A stretch of DNA of 64,000 bases from the NCBI GenBank assembly GCA_043228905.1, contig JBHGNT010000001.1, forward strand, positions 20,088,001 to 20,152,000, given 5' to 3'. Under the pieces are notes generated by a model. It saw only the letters and a program-made list of their open reading frames with translations, searched no databases and was not told the DNA's origin. Origin of the DNA: Azolla caroliniana. Taxonomy: Eukaryota; Plantae; Polypodiophyta. How positions within the stretch are numbered: position 1 is the stretch's first letter; each line of letters begins with the position of its first letter. Of the stretch, positions 23,323 through 33,139 are shown one piece after another. Position numbers and translations under genes: made by a program.

Positions 23323-24840
23323 CCGGACAAGCACGATCGGTTTGGTATATGAGTGGGCAGAAGTACTTGAGGCTTGTCGAGTATTAAGAAGTAGAGCATT
23401 ATGGATGGAGGATGGCTATGAGAACCAAATAAAGAGAACAACTAGAGAACATCCAAAACAAGAATGTGAACCCGAACGGATGTTGGCAAAGGAAAGGAGC
23501 CAAAGTCCGCGATTGATGAGATGATAAAAGGAATGCGGGATCTACAACTCAAGTTCACAAAGCTTGAGGAGGGTGAAAGCTCAGGTGTCAGACAAAAGCC
23601 CAATGAAGGAGAAAAGGGTGAATTCGTCTGTCGATGCATATGGTGTGATAACACGGAGCACCAAAAAAGGGATTGTCAGAGCCATGAGGAAGCATTAGAA
23701 AGAAATGTTATCTTCTATCAAAATGGAAGAATCCACTCCTCGGAGACCAGAAAACCCCTAAAAACCAACTTTGGGAAAGGTGGGATGAAGAAAGAGATGG
23801 AGAACGAAGAGCAATGTACTTTTTGACTACCTCAGATTGAAGGTCCATGATCCCCATATAGGATCAGGATTCTAGGGGAAAGTGATAAAGTCTGTTAATG
23901 ACAAACGAGTCCAACCATAGGACTTATGGAAGGCCGACGATGAGATCAGGAGTAGCACTAGGTGGAATGACCTAGTAGATTCACTGACGGCAATCACTAA
24001 GAATGCAGGGGTAAATTCCCACGAGGTGATAGTCAAAGAAAAACGAAGGAGAACTGAAGAAACGGGATCATCAAAAAAACCTGAGACCAGAGAACAAAAG
24101 AGACGAGAAACAAAACGAGTTGTTGTGGAGTTGACGAAAGAAGACAAAGGTAAGCAGAAGGTAGCCCCGTCATTCATAATTGCCTCTGACATCGAAACAT
24201 CCACCGACCTAAAGCATGTGCTAGAATGAAGGATTCTTGATAGCAAAGTCGCGTTAACACTCTGAGAAGTATTAGGGATCGCGAAGAATGAATTTCATGA
24301 AGTGATCATTGATGTGATTCGGAGAAAAAGACAAGTGGTTGAAGAAACGGGTGTAGTAAATACCGTCATGATACGGGAGAAGGATGAAGATATGGAGACT
24401 GCATTGTTAGTCGGGGTACGGAGTGCTGACACACAATGTAGTCATGAAGAGGAACAAAGCCATTACCCCTGCACACACTGGGCTCGGGCGACAACCGTGT
24501 CTCCAGTCAAAATTGGAGATCAGATGGAACCATGTGCGGCGCTCATCGATCATGGCTCCGAGATAAATATCATATCATTTGATTTCTACAATCGCGGGAG
24601 ATGGCCAATAGAAATGAACCACGACTGGAAGGTGAGAGCAGCAACCGAGGTAGTGGAGGATTTATGTGGTGCATGCCCAAATATTAAAGTTACAATTGGG
24701 GATGTGTCAGTAGATCAAAACTTCTTCATCCAAGAGAAGTCATTTTATCCGGTAATCCTAGGGCAACCGTACATCACAGCAGTACGAATGGAGACTAAAG
24801 TGCTTGATAATGGAGTGGCATTTGCCAAGATTCGAAGCCA
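23323..24840 (+). pseudogene. gag-protease remnant of element G (relative of F and its host)
   Basis: CIWCDNTEHQKRDC, HWARAT, LIDHGSEINI and VILGQPY. It starts mid-gag directly after the F LTR with no PBS. Confidence 0.82.
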
Positions 24841-27800
24841 TGATGGTAACAATAATATGCGGAATAATGCTCGGCCACAACCGATACTTCAATCACTTCA
24901 TTAGAATCACAACCACAGAAGAAATGGGCAATGAAGGTAAATGTACATATACACAAACAATATGAGAGAGAGTACACATTATGTTAATGTGGAAAACCCT
25001 GAGAGGGAAAAACCACGGGAGCCCACAGACTCCAAACTATCACTATGTCAAGGAATACAATAGGGAGCACAGAGGCAACGACCTCTTGCTCTTAACCTTC
25101 GCCTGGCGGCGGTTACAGTAGAGACACATTCTCTGTATTGTTCTCTGTCTCTCTGTCTCTGTTACGCTCTGTATAGTAGTTACACCAATAAGTCTATACA
25201 ACAAATAATGACAACTCTGCTATGTAAGAGTTTGCACTAGGTCATATTTATACTAATACAACTTTCGGGCGCTATTTAAAAATATAGCCCCAGTGGGCTC
25301 TCTGGAACATATTTACATATATGTCCCTTGATCCGATGAGAGGTTCTCACCGGGCTTGCAACATTCGGTTCTCACCGGGTCTTCCTTGCCGGGTCCTCGT
25401 CATCCGGATCTCACGGTGCCGGGTACTCATCATCCGGTTCTCATTGGGTCTTCATCATCCCATCCGGAGGGATCGAAAATCCTAACAAACTCCCCCTTTA
25501 CTCCGGCATGGGATATTTGGTTAGTCCAATTCGATTCCGGCATGTGTCCAGCTTGTTGGGCATCAACACCTTGGTCAACATATCCGACCCATTTTCCTCC
25601 ATGTGGATCTTCGTCAGCATGAACTCTCGATCGTCCACTCGCTCCCGGATCCAGTGGTACCTCCGCTGGATGTGCTTCGTTCTAGAATGATACACTGCGT
25701 TGTTCGCAAGGTGGATGGCACTTTGACTATCGCAATAGAGCCGGTATTCCTCTTGCCGGATCCCTAGCTCTTCAATGAAGTTCTTCATCCATAGTATTTC
25801 CTTGCCGGGTTCCACAGCCGCCATGTACTCCGCCTCTGTGGTTGACAATGCAACCGTCTTTTGCAGCCTCGACTGCCACAAAACAGCTCCCCTCGCATAT
25901 GTCATGACATATCCGGATGTTGACCGGCTGGTATCCACATCAGCCAACATATCCGAATTTGTGAAATCGTCAAATTGGGGTTTACCGGAGCCGAATCGGA
26001 GACACATAGATGAGGTGCCTTTCAAGTACCGGAGTATCCATTTTACCACATTCCAGTGCTCCTTGCTGGGATTGCTCATGAACTGGCTCACCACTCCGAC
26101 TGCATATCTGATATTCGGTCGGGTACACACCATTGCGTAGATTAAGCTCCTGACGGTAGAGGCATATGGTATCTTCATCATATCTGCCTTCTCTGCCTTT
26201 GTCTTTGGGCTTTGCTTACTGGATAACCTGCAGTTTGCCGAGAGTGTCGATCCGACCGGTTTAGCATCTGACATGTTGAACCGTTGAAGCACCTTTGTCA
26301 CGTTTTTCTCCTGTGACAGCCACAATTGCTTCTTTGACCGGTTCCGGATGATATGCATCCCTAGTATCTGTCTTGCCGGACCCAAGTCTTTCATTGAGAA
26401 GGTCCGGTTCAGGGCCTTCTTCAGCATCCGTATCTTGACTTGGTCTCGTCCGACGATCAACATGTCGTCCACGTAGAGGAGTATCAGGAAGTCTCCACCT
26501 TCAAACTTCTTCACAAACACGCGATGATCGGCCTGCGTCTTGTGGTATCCTTGATCCGTCATGAAGGAGTAGAACTTCCAGTACCATTGCCGGGGAGCCT
26601 GCTTCAAACCGTAGAGGCTCTTCTTCAACTGGCAAACCAGGTGCTCCTTCCCTTTCTTCACAAATCCCTTCGGTTGTTGCATGTAGATCTCCTCTTCGAG
26701 GTCGTTGTGGAGGAACGTCGTCTTCACGTCTAACTGCTCTACCTCTAGGTCCATGCTTGCTGCTATGCTCAGCACCGTCTGGATGGAAGTCATTTTTACG
26801 ACCGGGGCAAATATCTCGTCGAAGTCCACGCCCTTTTTCTACTGGAACCCCTTCACCACGATCCTAGCTTTGTATCTCGGGGGGTTGCTGACATCTCCCG
26901 GTTTCAGCTTGTACAACCACTTATTCCGGAGTGCCCGCTTTCCTTTCAGCAACTCCACCAATTCATGTGTGTGGTTCTCATGCAGGGAATCCATCTCGTG
27001 CTGCATGGCACTCAACCACTTGCGGCTATGGGTTTCATCCTTCACTTCTTCGAAGCTTTTCGGCTCCCCCTCATTGGTCAGCAACACGCGTTCTGCATCC
27101 GGAAATCTCCGGGGGGCACTTCTTTCCCGGAGAGGATATCTCCGTCCTCGGTTTTCGGTAACAGGCTCCTATGTCTGTTCTTCATTTGAATCCGATTTGG
27201 GGTCTTGGCCAGTTCCGGTTTCAGCTTCCTCTTCTTCTTCTTCTGCCGGTTCGGTATCCTCACCGTAACCGGCCGGACCGGCCGGTTCTTCGAGTGTCAA
27301 CCGGCTCTTAGCCAGGTAGGTTCGAATCTCATCGAACTGATCCTTACCGGTTGACTCGGAGTTCATTATCTTCTTCTCTGACTCCTAGTCGGCAAGGGTC
27401 TTGTCCTCCATGAAGATAATAGCTCAACTACGGAAAACCTTCTTGTCGACCGGATCCCACACTCCGTATCCGAGGAATATGCAAGGCCGGGACTTTGGAT
27501 CCAACTTTGCTCTCCCGTCCTTTGCAACATGCACGTAAGCGAGACACCCGAACACCTTCAGATGCTGGTAAGACACTTCCTTACCGGTCCACACTCTCTA
27601 CGACGTGTCTTCGTCCAAGGGCACTGAGGGTGATCTATTTATCACATACGTCGCTGTCGACATCACCTCGGCCCAAAACGTCTTGGGTAGCTTAGCATGT
27701 GCTAGCATACTCCGGACCCTCTCCATTATGGTCTGGTTCATCTTCTCGTCTTCTACGGTGTGGCCCACATCTTCCGCCTGTGGTCGTCTATGAATGTCAC

Positions 27801-28137
27801 AAAGTACTGCGCTCCGGCATGTGACTTCCTGTCCACTTGACACACATCGGTATGCACCAACTCCAATGATGCATTACGTCTCATCGGTGGCCTTGATCGG
27901 AAGGAGGTCTGGTTTTTCTTACCGGTTAGGCAGTCGGTGCACTTCTCAAGATGCACGTCCTTCACCGAAATGAGGTTGTCATCGGCAAGCCTCCTCATCC
28001 CCTTCTCGCTCATGTGACACAATCTCTTGTGCCACAACTCATCGGCAGTGTCGGATGCCACGTTCACGTCTTCCGGGCATAACCGGGCATTCATCAGGTA
28101 CAACGTGTTGACTTTGCAGGCCCAAGCCACTATCAGG
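24841..28137 (-). mobile_element. Tnt1/Tork-like copia T2: 3' LTR 24841-25487, PPT and decayed IN-RT-RH; interrupted by D
   Basis: PPT AAAGGGGGAG lies 2 nt from the LTR. ORF 25498-26829 contains LLYVDDML, ALSTTEAEY and HSRTKHI, with LWHKRL and HTDVC upstream. Confidence 0.92.
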
Positions 28138-28587
28138 TGTTAATCCTTAGGGCCGGACAATGGCCTAACACAAGGTGTCTCCAGAAGACACTTCACCAAA
28201 GGGGTGTTACGGCGAGATAACTTAAGACACAATGATTACTTCGACTTAATTAGCTACTTAGCAATAAGGCATACACTTAATACACGCGTAAGATATAACA
28301 ATTAATTCAGAATGGTAATCAATACGTGAAGATAAAACAAGAAACTTATATTAATTCTCCATTAAAGTTATACATTGTAACCGGGCCTTTATATAGGTCA
28401 CCAATGCTGCGTACAAAACGGTGCCAACCGGCACCTGTTCGGAATCGGTCCAGATCCGAATCGACATACCGATTCCGGTCCGTCCATTCACAACATAATT
28501 ATAATCTAATCTACTTAATTAAATATATTCCCAATAACCATCCTTTTCACATTCTGGTCTCTGCTCCTTTGCGGGCCGAGTAACACA

Positions 28588-28604
28588 TGGCACGCCCATG
28601 GGAC
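28588..28604 (+). promoter_or_regulatory. Inverted PBS-like motif at the PPT position of D
   Basis: TGGCACGCCCATGGGAC lies 2 nt from the 3' LTR, with no purine tract present. Confidence 0.75.
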
Positions 28605-28699
28605 AATACCTTGTACGTCGAATCCCACTATCCGGCCCTTAGCCTTCGTCCAAGATGTCCAAAATACTCTACTCCAGGGTATCCAATGGTTGTTCGGTA

Positions 28700-30470
28700 T
28701 TCGGTTGTTGTTGTTGTTGTTGTTGCGGTTGTTGTTGCTACTGCTGTTGTGGCTGATGTTGCTGTTGCGGCTGTTGTTGCTGCGGTGGTTGCGGCTCCTC
28801 CGACTGTTGCTCCTGAGCGGGTGTCTGTTCGACTTCCGGTACCGGCGGTTGTGGCGGTGATTCCTCCGTTAGCTGCTCCGCCAGATTTGACTCCGGTTGA
28901 CTCGTCCCGACCTTGTCTGTGCTCATAGCTCTCAAACTGGATTTGAGCATCCAGTCAATCATCATCTAGCTGGGCGACCAGTTGCCGGAACACTGTTGCC
29001 TGCTCCTCCGCTAGAGTTATAAAATCTTCGGCTAACTCCTCTCTAACGGCGGTGAAGTCCTCCTTCGTTAGCATGTAGCAGTCGTCGCCTTCCCTCTGCT
29101 AGTTTTCCACGTCTGCTCGTAGCAACTAGAGCTCGGTTGTGTGCTTTGCCCATTTGTCCCACCATTTCCCAGAGCTTTCGTCAATCAAGCGTTTGGTCTT
29201 GTTCCTCCATGCCTGGACAATGAACTGGATCCGCTCCAATCCCATCTTTGATTTGTCCTCCGCGGCTTGCCGTTCGTCCTTCAACTGCTTGATGAGTGCC
29301 ACCGTATCCACCTCCTACTCCCAGTAATGTGACAGTTGGGTTTGATAAGTGGTCTGCAGCCTTTGCAAGATCATCGTCGTTCTTTCCTTCTCTTCATAAT
29401 GTTGCTTATGCAGCTCCATCCGTTCTTGCGCGACTTCCTCCAACAGCGTGGTTCTTTCAGCCCGTTCCTCCGCTAGCGTCGTCTCAACCCATGTACCTCC
29501 TGCCGGAGCTCTGCCATCTTCTCCTGCTGTTTCTTATGCTCCGTATCCAGGTGCTTGTAGTCCCGGTGTAGGTGCTCAGAATCATCGATTTCTGCTTCAA
29601 CTTTTGGTTGAGTTGTCGGCGAGCGCGGTCTTCCTGGTCCTTTTGCTGACAGAGTTCTTCTTTCCGCCTTTCAATCTCTGTTTCCGCCATCCGTCGCAAC
29701 TTCTCCTTTTCTTGCAGCGCCATTTCTTTCTCCTCCTTCAGCCGGTCGTAGGCTTGATGTCCTTTCCGCAGATTCTCTTCAGCCCGGCAGAGGTTCTCAG
29801 CAGTCTTTCGTTGCTCTTCTTCTGCCTCTTTCTTCAAGTCCCGCTCTCGGGTGCGTAATGCTTCCTGTGCAGCCAGTTCATCTCTTAATTCAGCAAGCTC
29901 TTTTGGTTGCACCGCCACTATCTTCGGGACTATTTCCGTCTCCGGGGTCTTATTGCTATGTACAGGTGCTGGTGCTTCTTTATTCTATACATCGACCGGG
30001 GTCACCAATGCTTGGAGCTGTGGTCCGGTTAAGGCCATTTGGCCAATTCTTCTGTGGCCAAGTCCAAGTCTTGTTCTAGGCTCCGGATCCTTGACCGGGC
30101 CGTCTCTAGTTCTCCGGTTGTGACGAGCAACTAGTCCATCTTCGCTTTCTCTTCCACCTCTATGTAGTGTACCACTCCGGCAATCTGTTCTCCAATCCAC
30201 CGGAGCCATTGGCTGTCGGTGCCCTGTTGTTACGTCTGCCCGGAGGGTTGGCTATTGGTGTCGTCGGCCAGTGGTCGGTTTTGTCCAGTTGCGTCGAGCT
30301 GCAACTCTGGCTCTTGTTGGTGACCACTTTGCCGTTCAGGTTGCGGCTCCGTTGGCCGCTCCACCTCTAAATGCTCTTGGCCTCTTGGTGGGGTCCGCAA
30401 CTATACTTCCAGCGCTGGCATATCGAGTCTTGCCATATCCTGACCCGCCGGTACAGGTTGTTGTGCAGGG
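28700..30470 (-). pseudogene. C-terminal half of the extra ORF of D (coiled coil, conserved W-containing domain, Gln/Pro tail with a (CAA)n repeat)
   Basis: ORFs 29484-29918 (E/K/R-rich, helical), 29126-29311 (KWWDKWAKHTTEL resembles KGWMAWATQAAEL of E) and 28738-28965 (poly-Q). Confidence 0.72.
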
Positions 30471-30508
30471 GGGAGACAGGTCCCTCCGGATGGAAAGGGA
30501 GAAGAACA

Positions 30509-30763
30509 GTACCCGGCTTCGGAGAGCCGGATGGTGCAGACCCGGTGAGAACCGGATGAGGAGTACCCGGCTACGAAGAGCAGGATGGTGCAGACCCGGT
30601 GAGAACCGGATGAGGAGTACCCGGCTTCGGAGAGCTGGATAGTGCAAACCCGGTGAGAACCGGATGAGGAGTACCCGGCTTCGGAGAGCCGGATGGTGCA
30701 GACCCGGTGACAACCGGATGAGGAGTACCCGGCTACGGAGAGCCGGATGGTGCAGACCCGGTG
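30509..30763 (+). repeat. 54-bp tandem repeat (about 4.7 units) in U3 of the T3 LTR; about 3 units at 42362-42521
   Basis: Unit ACCCGGCTWCGGAGAGCCGGATGGTGCAGACCCGGTGAGAACCGGATGAGGAGT starts at 30511, 30565, 30619, 30673 and 30727. Confidence 0.92.
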
Positions 30764-33025
30764 AGGAGTGCTCACCGGATGGAGAGACATATTCGTAAAT
30801 ATGTTTCTGAGAGTCCATCGAGGCTATATTTGTAAATAGCCGAAAAGTCATATTAGTATAAATATGACTTAGGGCAAACTCATTGAGTGTGATGTAGGTG
30901 TTGTTATTCTTGTCTGTGTGAGATGAGAGTGCGTAACTATGTACAGATAGAGAGAGAGGAAGAGGTCGTTGCCTCTGTTGTAACCGCCGCCTGTGGTGAA
31001 GATAGAAAGCTCGAGGTTGTTGCCTCGGTGCTTTAATGTTGTACACTGTAATATAGTGATAGTTTGCATCATGTGGGCTGTCGTGGTTTTTCCCTAGTTT
31101 GGATACCGAACCGGTAGAAGAAGAAGTAGAGGAAGCTGAAACCGGAACCGGCCAAGACCCCGAATTGGATTCGGATGAAGAGCAAATAGAGGAGACGGTT
31201 ACCGAAGCCCAGAGACGGAGATATCCTCTCAGAGAGAGAAGGGCCCCCCAGAGATTTCCGGATGCAGAGAATGTGCTGCTAACCGATGAGGGGGAGCCAG
31301 AAAGCTTCGAAGAAGCGAAGGATGACACCCACAGCCGCAAATGGTTAAGTGCCATGCAGGATGAGATGGATTCCCTGCATGAGAACCATACGTACGAATT
31401 GGTGGAGTTGCCGAAAGGAAAGCGGGCACTCCGAAACAAGTGGGTGTACAAGTTGAAACCGGGAGATGCCGGCAACCCCCCGAGATACAAAGCCAGGATC
31501 GTGGTGAAGAGGTTCCAGCAGAAGAAGGGCGTGGACTTCGACGAGATATTTGCCCCGGTAGTAAAGATGACCTCCATTCGGACGGTGCTGAGTATAGCAG
31601 CAAGCATGGACCTCGAGGTAGAGCAGCTGGACGTGAAGACAACATTCCTTCACGGAAACCTCGAAGAGGAGATCTACATGCAGCAACCGGAAGGATTCGT
31701 GGAGAAAGGGAAGGAGCACCTGGTTTGCCGGTTGAAGAACAACCTCTACGGGTTGAAGCAGGCCCCCCGGCAATGGTACTGGAAGTTCGACTCCTTCATG
31801 GCCGATCAAGGGTACCACAAGATGCAGGCCGATCACTGCATGTTTGTGAAGAAGTTCGAAGGAGGCGACTTCTTGATACTCCTTCTGTACGTGGATGACA
31901 TGTTGATCGTCGGACGGGACCAAGTCAAAATACGGATGCTGAAGAAGGCTCTCAACCGGACCTTCTCAATGAAAGACTTGGGTTTGGCAAGACAGATGCT
32001 GGGGATGCATATTATCCAGAACCAGTCAGTGAAGCAATTATGGCTGTCACAGGAGAAGTACGTGACAAAGGTGCTTCACCAGTTCAACATGTCAGATGCG
32101 AAACCGGTCGGATCGACACTTCCGGCAAACTGCAGGTTATCCGGTAAGCAAAGCCCGAAGAAGAAAGCAGAGAAGGCGGATATGATGAAGATTCCATATG
32201 CCTTTGCCGTCGGGAGCTTAATGTACGCAATGGTGTGTACCCGACCAGATATAGGATACGCACTTGGAGTGGTGAGCCGGTTCATGAGCAATCCCGGCAA
32301 GGAGCACTGGAACGCGGTCAAATGGATACTCCGGTACTTGAAGGGCACTTCAAATATGTGTCTCCGATTCGGCTCCGGAAAACCTCAACTTGACGGTTTT
32401 ACCGATTCGGACATGTTGGCTGATGTGGATACATGCCGGTCTACATCCGGGTATGTAATGACATATGCAGGGGGAGCTATTTCGTGGCAGTCGAGGCTGC
32501 AGAAACGGAGGCGGAGTACATGGCGGCTGTGGAAGCCGGCAAGGAAATATTATGGATAAAGGACTTTATCGGAGAGCTCGTGTTGCCTCTTAGGAAACAC
32601 GGGCCGTGGTCAGTCCTTCGACCTAGACCCCAAGGTGGGTGTGGAACAACGAACCGAGCTTAATCGTACTACGTAAGGAGAGAACCTCTGTGACTCCGCT
32701 GTGTGTAAGGGGAGACGGCTACAACCGACTCCTTCTCACAGGTTGTGCTTACGTAGTACTACGATTACGTATCCGAGACACAGACACTGAATTAGCCTTA
32801 GCTATACACAGAAACTCAGAGAAGACAGTATTCTATTATCAGGCGTTCCTTTTACAATTCCCAAAATTTACACACACCTCCTTATGAGGTTTTCTGCCCT
32901 TTATATATGCAGGGTCTAATTAGCCGTTCATGAGTACCCGCGTGAACCGTTACATACGTTACGCTTTATATAGTTTCTTATTCCTACGCTTTTGGCCGTC
33001 GGTTACTATTCCGGCGGACAACACC

Positions 33026-33042
33026 TGGCACGCCTGTGGGAC
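33026..33042 (+). promoter_or_regulatory. Inverted PBS-like motif at the PPT position of E
   Basis: TGGCACGCCTGTGGGAC lies 2 nt from the 3' LTR. The coding strand reads GTCCCACAGGCGTGCCA-GG-TGTT. Confidence 0.78.
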
Positions 33043-33139
33043 AGTGCCTTTGCACGTCAGACCCATCCCGTTAATCTTCTTCCAAAATGCCCCGGATGTT
33101 TGGCTTTGTTGTGGTGTCCTCGGCCAGAGTTGATGTAGG

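Noticed and set aside
22226-24840. Tandem elements sharing one LTR
   Set aside because: The sequence after the LTR starts mid-gag with no PBS or leader, which fits insertion of F into G.
30509-30763. Regular repeat array resembling CRISPR
   Set aside because: The units are contiguous with no unique spacers, they lie inside a copia LTR, there are no cas genes, and the context is eukaryotic.
30336-31607. 423-aa minus-strand ORF with 18-aa repeats, and similar antisense ORFs throughout
   Set aside because: It is a shadow frame across the RT antisense strand, an LTR and the 54-bp repeat, and it crosses element junctions.
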